Of a stretch of 59,654 nucleotides of DNA, positions 23,509 through 34,971 are shown piece after piece. Position numbers and translations under genes: made by a program. A model generated the notes under the pieces. That model had not been told where the DNA came from. It made no database searches and saw nothing but the letters and a program-made list of their open reading frames with translations. The stretch's first letter is position 1, and every line of letters starts with the position of its first letter. Source of the DNA: Coniocarpon cinnabarinum (lineage: Eukaryota); NCBI GenBank assembly GCA_051942205.1, contig JAVECO010000057.1, positions 62,001-121,654 of the forward strand, given 5' to 3'.

Positions 23509-24846
23509 ATGCTTTTTCACCAAGCAGTCGCGCTAGTCGCGGCCAGCATATGGACGCTAGTCACCGCGTCGCCGCTCCCACACCTAGAAGCAGATGATAT
23601 CCCGGCAGCCATCATTCCCGCTGCAACGACGACACCGTGCGCCTCAGCTGCTGGACCACAAGTCACGCATGAAAGCGGCGGTGATGAGCATGTCGTTATC
23701 CTAGCAAACAACTCTCCGCATCCACACGACATTCTTAACCGCATCGCTCTCGACCCCTCACATACCGACGTCAAATATGTCTTCAACAACTCAGCTTTCT
23801 CTGGATTTGTCGCCAACATGCACAACACCTCCGCCTCCGCCCTGAACGCCATGGACGATGTCTCCAACGTCGAGCAATCTGTCGAAATCACAACCCTCGA
23901 CACTGCTCAAACCCGGCCAGACTCGCCTTGGGGCCTTCAACGCGTCTCTTCATCCTCCGCGGTTTCGGGAGACCCAGAGAACATCCAATACACCTACTCG
24001 TTCGACCCCAACAGCCCGCTCGGCCAAGGCGTCGACGTCTACGTCGTGGATACTGGTCTCAATTCCGGCAATGTTGCTTTTCAAGGTCGAGTTCAGCAGG
24101 GGTGGGGCTTCGACAGTACCACCTCTGACGGCGATGGGCACGGCACTCACACTGCCGGCACCGCCGCGGGCTACCCCTTCGGTCTCGCCTCGAACGCCAA
24201 TATCATCCCAGTGAAAGTTCTGGGATCCAATGGCGCAGGCTCTTCTTCTGACACCGTGGCCGGCATCAACTATGTGGTGCAGGAACACGATTCTCGAAAG
24301 GCCGCTGGCGGTTTCAAGGGATCCGTCATGTCCATGTCCTGGGGTCTCTCGCAGTCCAGCAACGCCATTAATACCGCTATACAAGCCGCCTCCGCCGCCG
24401 GCGTCCACACTGCTGTTGCGGCCGGCAACTCTGGCGACGATGCGTGTGGTACCTCGCCCGCGCAGATCGGTGGACCTCAAAATCCTAACTCCGCCGTGGT
24501 GACCGTCGGGTCTGTCGGTCAGTCCAACGCAGTCAGTTCGTTCTCCAACACGGGCAACTGTGTCGATCTTTACGCCCCGGGTGAGAACATTGTTTCTGCA
24601 TGGGTCGGCGGGTCGAACATGGTCAACTCCCTCAGTGGCACGAGCATGAGTACGCCGCACGTTAGTGGACTCATGGCCGTGTTGGTGAGCGAGGATGCGT
24701 CGCTGGCGCAGGACCCCGTGACGATGAAGAAGAAGATTTTGAGCATGGCGCTGAGTGGGCAGGTGAATGGAAATCTCAGGGGTGGTCCCGGCTTATTGAT
24801 GAATAATGGGGTGGTTGACGGAACGGGGACGGAAGGGATCCTATAG
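23509..24846 (+). CDS. Secreted subtilisin-like serine protease (S8A, proteinase K-like) with I9 propeptide
   Basis: Signal peptide, catalytic motifs VDVYVVDTG, DGDGHGTHTAGT and SGTSMSTPHVSG, oxyanion AAGN. Intronless. Confidence 0.96.
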   Translation: MLFHQAVALVAASIWTLVTASPLPHLEADDIPAAIIPAATTTPCASAAGPQVTHESGGDEHVVILANNSPHPHDILNRIALDPSHTDVKYVFNNSAFSGFVANMHNTSASALNAMDDVSNVEQSVEITTLDTAQTRPDSPWGLQRVSSSSAVSGDPENIQYTYSFDPNSPLGQGVDVYVVDTGLNSGNVAFQGRVQQGWGFDSTTSDGDGHGTHTAGTAAGYPFGLASNANIIPVKVLGSNGAGSSSDTVAGINYVVQEHDSRKAAGGFKGSVMSMSWGLSQSSNAINTAIQAASAAGVHTAVAAGNSGDDACGTSPAQIGGPQNPNSAVVTVGSVGQSNAVSSFSNTGNCVDLYAPGENIVSAWVGGSNMVNSLSGTSMSTPHVSGLMAVLVSEDASLAQDPVTMKKKILSMALSGQVNGNLRGGPGLLMNNGVVDGTGTEGIL

Positions 24847-25279
24847 ATGGGAAGCGGACGGAGTGGTGCACAGAAAATATTCCAATGTACAGAAAAGCGT
24901 TGAATATAGGTGATGATATCAATGACAGCGTCTGTCTCATCCTAATATTTTGGTTTTCAAAGCTTGTTTGTCGAACTGATTTCTACCTGTTGCTTAAAAG
25001 TGCCTTTGGTGTCATCTTCAGCGATGCCACGACAACGTGAAGATTTTGGGCACGGGATTAAACAGTGCTCTACGGAATACAGACTATCGAAACCCAGGCA
25101 GTAACATCATTTCCCGTTCAGACCACGCAGTCGCGACGCAAAATAACTATGGTCAGATGTGTTCTCGTGCTAGGTAGATAAACTCTAGATCTTGGAGCAA
25201 GAGCAACAGCGGCATCCATTTGCCGCTTGACATCCCTGAACACGGCAAAAATGCCACAAGACGCTTACGCAGCGGTCAT

Positions 25280-26767
25280 TCACCACGGACGCCACTCCCC
25301 CGGCTCAAGTCCCTCAACCGCCCATGCTGGCCACCTCCGTTGCTTGCGCGGCACCGACGCCGCATCCCGATCCCTGATCAGCTCATTGAGAGGCAAATCC
25401 CCGAACTGGCTACGATCACCCATGTCCCGCCCCATGGCCTGCAATGTCCGGGCATACGCCAATGTCTCTGTGCGCCACTGCTCTCGGGAGATGGTTCCCT
25501 GCACCATGTCCGCGAGGACCATGGCGTCGAATGCCGCCTGTGACGTACTGGCGACGGTGTGTGGCCGGAAGCCGGCCAGCGCGTCGCCGATGAGGATGAC
25601 TTTGCCGTCGCAGAATTCATGTTCGGGACTGATGACGTCCGTGATGGCTTGCACGAAGGGTTTCTTCGTCGCGCAGACCAGATCCGCGAATTGAGGAGGG
25701 AGGCGTTCTCTTGCGATTTTCTTTTGCTTCGCCCAGGCTTTGGGGTCTGTCTTGCCGGGCGGCATCGTAATGCGATGGCGTACGCCGTCGATGTCGGTGA
25801 GAAGCTCGGCGAGCTCAGGGGAGGGCTCATCGAGTGATTCAGAGGGAAAGTTGGTGTAGTAGACGAAGTTCAAAAGGCGGTTGCCGGGTTCGAGCGTGCC
25901 GTTGGCGCCGGGGATGGTGTAGCAGAGGATTTGAATGCCTGGGGCGTGGAAGAAGGCGAAGCGCTCCGTGAAGGCCTGGCAATGGTGTCAGTACAGTGTT
26001 CCGAGATTGACTCTTGAAAAGTGAAAGTAAAAGATTTACCTCTCGCGCTGCTGGTGTTGCTTCGCTTTCGAGGAATGTGCCTCTGAGGGCGACATATCCA
26101 GCGTATGTGCGTTCAACTTGTGGTTCGAGGGTCTTCCTGATGGTCGAACTGGGTCCATCTGCGCCGATCAGGAAGTCTGCTTGCATGCTGCCCTGGCTGC
26201 CATCGCTCTTTTCAAAATCTACGGTAACGCCGTCTGACATCGCCTCGAAGCTCGTCACCTTGTGATCATGTAGATGAACGGCCTTCCCATCGCCCTTCTG
26301 CGGTGGCGGAAGATCACCATACTGGCTTGTCACGCCGTCAAAGTTGGCGCGCAGCAGATAGTACGCCAGGTCCCAGCTCGTCATCGTATGCACCTTGTCG
26401 CAGTAGTCAGCGCTGGGACGTTTGCCTGATAGAGTGTGCCCTCCCGTACTGTATCGGCTTTATGAATGACCGCGCCATGCTTGTCGTAATACTGTCGTCC
26501 ATACGAGCTGACCGCGATGGGACGATTGCACCGATCATAGCGCTCAAAGAATTCGAGTGTGTCTCCTCCGGCGACGATGCCAGCGCCTTGGTTGTGAAGG
26601 AGAGCTGTGGGGTTGCGCTCGAGGATGGTGACGTCGTGACCATTGCGTTTCAGCGCGAGACCCGCAGCGAGTCCACCAAGAGAGCCACCAACGACGACGA
26701 CTTTCAGAGGACTCTCGCGAGACTCAGGTTTGCTGGTTCGATGATCGCCGTTGATTCGTGAAGTCAT
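25280..26767 (-). CDS. FAD-dependent monooxygenase (2,6-dihydroxypyridine 3-monooxygenase-like), 3 exons
   Basis: VVVVGGSLGGL (Rossmann), LIGADGPSSTIR, RTYAGYVALRG, NFVYY, LIGDALAGFRPHTVASTSQAA. Confidence 0.92.
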
Positions 26768-27565
26768 GGTAGCGGGCGCGGTCGACGTGCTTGTGAGGTA
26801 ATGGATAGTTCTCCGGGTTGAACATGATGACGCTTTGTCGGATCATCCTTGCGCTTGAAGATCTTCGTGTTGCGCGTGCCTGTCAAACTCCACGTGTCTC
26901 TGGAGACGAACGGCACATTATGTGAAATGACGAGCGAGTCCATAAGAAAAGGTGGTCTGTCAGACTTCAGGTCCTTTCAGTCTGTCGAAACTTCGTTGTT
27001 CAAAATGGACCTGTTCTAAAACATGTCTCAAGTCGGGGAGCGGTCCAGGTCACGTGCTGGTCCACAAGATCCCTCCTTGTCCTCACACGTGTTGTTTCCA
27101 CTGCATCTCTGCGTTTCTCGCTTGCGCTGCCTCCTCGACACTGGACTTTGACAGCGAATTCGTCACGGCCGCTGAAGCTTCTAAGCGACCATTCTAGATC
27201 TGAATTTCGAGAACGTGCTCTTCTGGACGGCGTTACCTAGCGCCACATTAGGTGCTTCAAAAGTCTGGGCGACTTGCGAAGACCTCAGGCTGCATTCCAG
27301 GTAATTCGGCAAGTGTCAAAGCTTGAAAAAGACAACTCTCTGCAAATGTGTCTTTTGCATGCATTGATCCAGTGCTTGGTGACACACCGCTATGTTCCCA
27401 TGCAGTATATCCCGCGATGGCACGGCCGCGTGGTGAGACAGTGTGCTGGAGGATCGAGGAATAGCCACCTTTCATATTTGGATCCTTGCATGTGGTCGCT
27501 TTTCAAATTGCTCGCATAATGTGGCCTGGCGTCATCTTGTAACACACTGCGCGTGCAACAGCAAA

Positions 27566-28952
27566 ATGTCCTCCGCAGCAGATGTCATAGAAAAGCATGG
27601 TAACCCCCCCAGGTTGGCGCGCAAGTAAGCACTGAAGTGTTCCATTGTTGACTTCCCCACTGATTGAATTAATGTCAAGAAAACTTTACTTGAACAATAT
27701 TCTTCCGAGAACGCGCCGGAAGCACTTTGAACACCCTGAGAACCATAAGAACATACTCGAACTCGAGATCGACCGTAAATCAATTGTCACACGACGAAAG
27801 CCAGTTTAGCACTAATGAGAGCCTTGCAGCAATACAGTTCAAAGCCTTCACATTCTCAAGCGAGCGGGGCGGTCATGTCAAGCATCTGGAAGTGAAAGAG
27901 CATGTAGAGGAAGTCCAGCTTTGGGCATGGTTATTCTGGACCGAGGCGCGAAGCCCCAACGGTCAAACATCACAGAAGAATACAGAGTGTTTGAAGTCAA
28001 TCGTCGAAGGCAAGGCCTCAGTGGAACAGCAAGAACACATCACAAATATAAAGCCGGCATGCATTGTTCTGTTTCATGGAAATTGCTACGACATGGCGGC
28101 TAAGGGGCGTCATCCGCACTATAAAGCTATCCTAGACGAATTGCAGGCCAATGGAGAACCGGGCCGACTTTACCTATTGCTCACAATCGACTATCCAGGA
28201 TTCGGCCTTGTTGAAGGTCATCCAGGTCAACCGGCGATTTGTCAGGCCGGACGAGCCACTGTCAATTATGTGCGGGACGAACTGAAGGTGAAACCCGGCA
28301 GTATTTTCTGTATGGGTCACAGTATAGGTACAGGCGTTGCAGCGTTGACGTATGAGTATTTCCTCAGCGAGAAGGTCGCTCTGGGTGCGCTGTTCCTAGT
28401 GTCCGCGTTTACTTCTACGGAAAACGTTGTGCCAACTTTCCGACTATACAATATTCCTGTAGCAGGGCTGGCTTCTGACGTGGACCGTGATGAACTCATG
28501 CAATGGGATCCTTGGCTGATCGCGGACACTTTGGAGAATATCGGTAAGGGCAACTATGGCATGGCATGGCGTGTCATCCTTACGCATGAGCGTGGCGGGC
28601 ACAGTATCCCCAGCAAGTACTCTGTGGAACTGTTCGAGAAGCTGATGGAGTCTCACCCACCAATCGAGAGACCTTCACCACCATTCGAGCGTAAGTCACA
28701 GCCCACATTCAGAAAGATTTTGCGGCTGACCTTGACGACCAGATGATCACAAACCGCACAGGGCGTCATGGTCGCAAGGCGCACGTGCGACCTTACTGCT
28801 GACGCACGATACAAGTGAGTATCGTCACATCTTTCCTAGCTCGCTCTCACGCGCTAACTCGGAAGCCAGGTCATCAGGAAGCTCCTGCTCAACCAAGCAT
28901 TGTGAAAGAGCTGGTCAAGTTGCTGGTGGATGGCTCATCATATCCAAAATAA
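27566..28952 (+). CDS. Alpha/beta hydrolase (ABHD12/Bem46-like), about 5 exons
   Basis: Splicing gives MSSAADV..KKLYLNNILP..FEHPE, VLFHGN, IDYPGFG..GHP, the nucleophile motif GHSIG, LVSAFTS and terminal THDTSHQEAP..SSYPK*. Confidence 0.78.
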
Positions 28953-29774
28953 GCTAGAAGTAAATTTCAGAACCTTTTCGTCTGCTAGATTGGTTTCCTC
29001 CTGCAAGACGTTCTTCTGCTTGTCTGCACCAAGTGCCTTCCAGAACCCGTTCCTTTTTGTTTTTTTTTTTTTTTCAAAAATTACAAAAACCGCAACGTGA
29101 TCGTGGCGATGAGTATAGCTGCGCTCGGACTGATTCACCTAACGCCATCGGCTTGACTGGCTCTGGACCTTTTATGAAAGCTCAAGCCACAGCATGCGTC
29201 CGACTATGCAAGACTGACCCTCCGTTTCGTGCGAAAGATATGCAAGCAGATACTCATTCTGCCAGGCTGCGTCTTTCCGTTCGGCTACGCTTGCTCAGAG
29301 GCCCGAGAAACGGAACTGCTGCGTCGAGCTAAGAAAATGGTTGGCCTTTTCATAAGAAGCGAAGACTGCAAAAAGCAATATTGTCTAACGTGACTAAAAA
29401 AGAAAGCACATGTGATGCTCTGACGCTCTTTTGCCACGCAGTCAACCTTCTGGACCTCGCCAGGGATTGTGATAACACACTGAAGTTCCAGATACCGGAA
29501 TTTTGGGACGGCGTGGATTACTCATGGGTCTGGCAATCGTGGTTGGCTGTGGCGTATCTGCAAGCCAGCCATTAAGAGAGGGGCTTGCCGAGCTTCCCGA
29601 AGCTTATTGCTACTGCTTACCACGACAACAACAATTAACAAGTATAAAGCACAGAGTAGTATTGCAGCCTTGTGCTACTCCATGCATTCGATTCGCAGGA
29701 TCCATCGTTTGTCTCTCGTCACGACCATCAGGACCCACTCCATCAGGGCTCAACCCATTAGGGCACACTCAACC

Positions 29775-30375
29775 ATGTCTGCCCATACCGACAAGTCCAA
29801 GCCTTACTTCCCGCTATCCGGCACCAAAGAAGATCAAGGATACTCGAAGGAGGATGAAGCAACAGCCACCTGCTTCTGTGGGACTGTTCAACTGGCCTTT
29901 GTATGTCTCAACTTTGTTTCCTGACTAGCCCCTCTCGTCGTCGCCATCAGCTCATCGCTCCTAACATCTCCCTGCTACGCAGCCTACGCAGGGCGAAGGC
30001 CTCGTGAATTCTTTTGTCTGCCACTGCTCAGATTGCAGAAAGATTACCGCCTCAATGTTCGCCTCAAATTTCACGGTCAAAGACACGCATCTCAAGCACC
30101 TTCGCGGGCAGGGTAATCTGAAGACCTTTGGCCAGGCGCACTCCATTGGCTCGAAGCAGTTGATGACCAACTACTTCTGCGGGACGTGCGGCACCTTGAT
30201 GTACCGTGTTGGTGCGCGCTTCCCTGGTATGAGCATCCTGCGGATTGGGACCATCGATGACTTTAACCTGGCGGACACGAAGATTCGACCGACTATTGAG
30301 CAGTTTACCAAGGAAAGGGCGAATTGGCTGACTCCAGTGAAGGGGGCGACAGAGACGGAAGGTACTGGCATGTAG
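29775..30375 (+). CDS. GFA / Mss4-like (CENP-V) zinc-binding protein, 2 exons
   Basis: ATCFCGTVQ, intron ~29901-29982, then FVCHCSDCRK, NYFCGTCGT and LRIGTIDD. Confidence 0.92.
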
Positions 30376-30568
30376 CCTGATCTGGATGCTTCGGGGACTG
30401 TGTGCTCCGATTTGTGCTGCATGTTCTCTATGGAATTCGATCTTGAAGGTGACCCAGTCGACGCTGGCTTCGTGTGATGATGGAGATTTGGTGCTTTGGC
30501 CACCACAAACGTGTCTTGAATCTGGTGCTTGCTGTCGAAGCTTGAATTAAACTTTTTATGTTTATTTG

Positions 30569-31789
30569 TTATATCACTCGCAGGGTCATCATTCTTAAGT
30601 TTTGCTCTTGCCGAGGTACAACGCCTTCGCGTTGGGCTTCGAGAAATGTCGCGATGGCGGACGGCATTATCTCATCCAAAGCTTCTACCCTCTCAGCCAA
30701 GTACGGGTGCCAGACTTCGTCTACTTTCGCCTTAATCTCACCTTTTTCAAACGCCTCAAACAGATTTCTGTTGATCCACGGCCTGTATCCAGCACGCGCA
30801 CATAGCATAGCACCCATGTGATCTGCTTCGAGCTCCAGCGCACGTCTCTTTGCAGCCTCAGGATGGAAACGAAAGAACTTGAGAAGCATATACAAGACGG
30901 TCATGTGCGGAAGCAGGATAGCCCATGCCATTGTTTTCACGTTGTAATGATAGAGCTCGTGAGTGTGGTGGCCCAGCACATGGCCAAGCTCATGTGCGAG
31001 TGAAGACGGCGCAGTATGAGCGACTGCGGCTTTATCAAAATCAGTCGTGGAAATTGTAATCGTCGGCGCAGCTCCCGTGACCCATGAGACTGGCGGAAAA
31101 GGAGTGATGGTAGCAGCGTACAGCCTAGCCACTTTCTCGGCCTTCAACCGGATCAGTGGCAGGTGGGTGCACAACGACGCTGACAGAAGGCGTTTGAGGG
31201 TGTCACAAAGTTCCGCAAGCTCTTCGTCAGTGGGATCGTCCACGATCACGGCCCCGTCGGGACGAGATGCAAATTCTTCACGAGTTATTGGAAACATATG
31301 CTTATTGCGGATGACGGTACTGTGCCTTCCGGTGATGGGATTGACATATTCGTCAGAGCATGTCAACGCAATCAATAATGCACAGCAGCCTATAGCGCGC
31401 GAGATTTTCCTGTCAGCTCGTGAACTCTTGCTTCTGGCATCACGCCAGGCATTCGCGAATGCCCATAGGTGTCCCGCTCTGTCTCGAGTATGAGCCTCTT
31501 TCCAACGATGTCTCAAATCGCGTAGAAGTCGGATGCGAACGTTGATGTGTGCTCGGACATGTTGGACTGATTGATAATAATAGCTTTGCAGTCTCTTGCG
31601 GGTTCTTCTAATTGGAGAACGTGCTCTGAAGCACTGCAGCCCATCAAACTCCTTGTCAGGACGCGCGGTGGTTGAGAATGTGAGATCGCCAGCGTCAGAG
31701 ACTAGGGACCAGAAGCGTTTGGTAGGAAAGGCTCGTAAAAGTCGACATTGGCGATAAGGACCGGTCAGACCGGTTTCCCATCGGCGCAT
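30569..31789 (-). CDS. Divergent peptidase M48 (Oma1-like) zinc metalloprotease
   Basis: LAHELGHVLGHH (HEXXH), ELEADHMG..LCARAGYRP, HPYLAERVEAL, VNPITGR, and an Arg-rich mitochondrial-type N-terminus. Confidence 0.82.
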   Translation of the reverse strand: MRRWETGLTGPYRQCRLLRAFPTKRFWSLVSDAGDLTFSTTARPDKEFDGLQCFRARSPIRRTRKRLQSYYYQSVQHVRAHINVRIRLLRDLRHRWKEAHTRDRAGHLWAFANAWRDARSKSSRADRKISRAIGCCALLIALTCSDEYVNPITGRHSTVIRNKHMFPITREEFASRPDGAVIVDDPTDEELAELCDTLKRLLSASLCTHLPLIRLKAEKVARLYAATITPFPPVSWVTGAAPTITISTTDFDKAAVAHTAPSSLAHELGHVLGHHTHELYHYNVKTMAWAILLPHMTVLYMLLKFFRFHPEAAKRRALELEADHMGAMLCARAGYRPWINRNLFEAFEKGEIKAKVDEVWHPYLAERVEALDEIMPSAIATFLEAQREGVVPRQEQNLRMMTLRVI

Positions 31790-32300
31790 GCTTCAATCGT
31801 TTCTAGGTGACGGTGACGCGCGATGGAAGAGACGACTCGTAGGGACACAAGCCGAGCAATCATGAAGAGGCCATAAGTGTCCATGGTCATGTCTGATGAA
31901 TTATGGTCATTCTTGGTAGCCCTCTGATCGAGTGAACAGGGGCATTTGGCAGAGTACCTGTAAAAGTCCGCGTGGCAGTTTGCAGCGTACCGTGCTTTCT
32001 GTCACAGAAGCTTGAGTCAAATGGACTTGACGGGCATTCTCTCCTGAAAGCTATGCCATGATAGAATTTGCATACGATATTTCCAGTAGGTAGCTCCTGC
32101 CCAGGTCACATGATTATCACGTGGAACATGATAAAATGATGAGCTCGTGCCACCAATCGAAGATTTACCTCAGCATTCCTAGCTCAGGAGAGCTATCACC
32201 ACTTCTTCCTCAGCGCCTTCTTTGCTGATTCCACCACTCACAAACCCATCATCCAACAGTCCAACCTCATCAGCTTTCGCTCCCCGCTTCACCGCTCATC

Positions 32301-32902
32301 ATGGCCTCTAGAATGTTCGCTTCTCGTCTCGCCTCCAGACCAATGCAGTCTCTCACCGCCGCTACGGCTCGTCCGACCCTGCGTGCTACCTTCAAACCCC
32401 AGCCGGCTACCCAGAGTCTAGCTCGCTCTTTCGGTTTGTTCTTCATTCATGGCTTTTTCATGGCCTAGCTCAATTGAACTTTACCCTTCTAATCGTCCGT
32501 ACACAGGTTCATCCCCTTTCCAGCCCCTCAAGCGCTCGTTCGCACCTCGCAAGGCCCAGCTCCCCAAGACTAACATGCAGAAACGTCTCTATTCCTCCGA
32601 ACTTGCCAACGCCATCGTGCAGGCCTCCCAGAACACGGGTCTTGGCTCTGCGGCCATTGGTCTTTCCGGTGCTGGTGCCGGTATTGGTATTGTGTTCGGC
32701 GCCTTGATCCTCGGTAAGTTCTGCATCGATCATCGCTTTTTACCTTGAGAGGAAAGACCGTGCTAACAGCATTCTTCCAGGTGTCGCACGTAACCCCAGC
32801 TTGCGTGGTCAGCTGTTCTCGTACGCCATTTTGGGTTTCGCGTTTGCTGAAGCTACTGGTCTGTTCGCCATGATGTTGGGTTTCATGGCCAAGTTCGTCT
32901 AG
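32301..32902 (+). CDS. ATP9: Nuclear-encoded mitochondrial ATP synthase subunit 9 (c) precursor, 3 exons
   Basis: Exons 32301-32433, 32507-32713 and 32781-32902. An Arg-rich presequence is followed by [83 protein letters not shown]. Confidence 0.97.
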
Positions 32903-34635
32903 AAAAGCGAAGGGCTACAGGTTGGGGGCGTCACACTGTTATCGTCCCAGAGTGGTGTCAGAGTGGAGCAGCAGTGAAAGAATGGAAGAGATAGAGTAAC
33001 AGCTATATGTCAGAATACAATTGCCAACTCGTTCCCTTCAGGATCTCCCCGTGCTTTTTGTACACGAAAACCATTTAAATGCAGACACTTGCAGAAGATC
33101 AAAATGATAGCGTGTGGTTGATATGGGTGTGGTTTTGCCAGTACGACACTGGGCTCGCTGGCGGATGAATTTTGACATTGGTTGGCGGATCCTTCTAATT
33201 GGCTTAAGTTGCTGCCGGAGCGCTACATGAGCAGCTCCACATCTATTGTATTAGGCCAAGGCTGCAAGTCTGCTTGACCATGGACGCCTGAAGCCCCGAC
33301 AGTCTGCGCTGTGCTCTCACACAGGTCGTTTACATGCTGTTTGTTATCGCTCGGATACCTTTTCCCGGAGATCTAATCGAACGTGCGAGCCGCCTCAATC
33401 ATCTCAGCAGTGTCGGACCCTTGAGAATGCTCAGTCTGAGTGTTCCGAAGAATGTAAAGGATGCTGTGCGTATGTTAACAGGTTGGAGGGTCTCTATTGT
33501 CTCGAGCCTGGAATTCCTCTACGTGATATCTAGCACATCAATTTCCAAGATACAGTGCAATTCGATAGACAGGCAACGAGGAACGCTAGAGACCGGATCT
33601 CAAGCATTGCGGCACGCGAGTCTGAGATCACGCAGTGCACGTCATGACCTGTCAGACTGGCAGACGGTCAGCATGATTGTCGCCAAGTAAAGTCTTGCGC
33701 CAAGAGCACGTGTTGAGAGATACTGCCACGCTGCCCGTCTCTCAGTGCCCACGGAGTGTGCTACGGCCACCAGCCCACATGCTTTAATCACAACAAGGTC
33801 CAGTTCCGCTGACTCCGACGAATCAACCTCATTTGCGAAGTGGTGGCCTGAAACGGGCGCTGCTTGCGAGGCAGAGATCTTACTTGCAGGTAAGGAGGAC
33901 TGGCCATAGGTGGAGGTTGTCGCAGAATGTCTCGTGGAGTGAGACCTGCTCTTCATGGCTGCGCCTTTTTGCTGTATGTTTGGCGAGCATTCCTCGCCGT
34001 AGATACCATTGCATGCGCTGCGACATGATCTGAATCTCACGAAGGCCACGGTTGGTCTCTCGCACGATCTAACTAGATAAGGCACGTCGTACCGACCACG
34101 CTGCCGCGGCCAGATCTAGCCACAAGGATACTTAGGTAGGTTGGTTCTCAGCCGTCGCTGGCGGTCAGCACCGATGTGTGTATGGCCACTAAGCTCTACG
34201 ACGCTTTTTCGTGCATTAATACAGGTGTCCACGATCACCCTCCCCCGCAAAGATTACGGTCACAAACAGAGACCGCCAATGTGCTCCTGCTGCTGAACCA
34301 TCGGAATTCGCCTCCTTCGCCGATGGTGCTACGCAGTGTCGACCATGAACAGCGTGGTTGCTGACGATAAGCTGATCAAACCACGCCGGTGTCTGTAGCT
34401 TACTGACACTGCTGCCAACTGGCATTTGTAGAGTTTGCTCGTCAGCGTGCACACACCTACTGCACGCACTATTTGAAGGACTTTCTCAACTCTCCTCCTT
34501 CAAAAGTGCAGAAGTTAGCCCAGTAGCAACATATCGTTACTTCTCAGTACTTCTTACCCGTTTCTACCGACACTTTCACCAATAGTAAAACCTTTGCTAG
34601 GACAGGAACACGAGTGATCATCCGCATCAGACGCA

Positions 34636-34971
34636 ATGAAGAAATTTGGTGACCTTGTTAAGCATGTCTGGGGGGAGGGCGGCAAGAACTTCAATATTGC
34701 AAGCAAGAATGTTGCCACCATTGGCGCCGTGATCGCGGCGGGTATCAGCATTGAGCACTTCATTTCCGCCGTGCAAAAGGAAGAGAAAGGTCAGCCATTA
34801 GACAAGGCGGAGGAGGCGGCCCTGGAGGCAGTCAAGGACGGCAAGTTCAAACAAACGATTGGCACCATTGAAGAAGCTGCCGCGAAGCTTGGTAATAAGG
34901 ACCTTGGGGAAAGAATTGAGCAGGCAGAGAAAAAGCTCGAGGACCAGCAGGAAAAGGGCGAGAAGAAATGA
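34636..34971 (+). CDS. Small hypothetical helical protein (111 aa)
   Basis: ATG in a good context (gcaATG), with an amphipathic/hydrophobic N-terminal half and an E/K-rich coiled-coil tail. Confidence 0.65.
   Translation: MKKFGDLVKHVWGEGGKNFNIASKNVATIGAVIAAGISIEHFISAVQKEEKGQPLDKAEEAALEAVKDGKFKQTIGTIEEAAAKLGNKDLGERIEQAEKKLEDQQEKGEKK

Noticed and set aside
29053..29074. Poly-T run as the possible poly(A) tail of a retroposed sequence
   Set aside because: No target-site duplication or recognisable retro-sequence nearby. A simple homopolymer near a gene 3' end.
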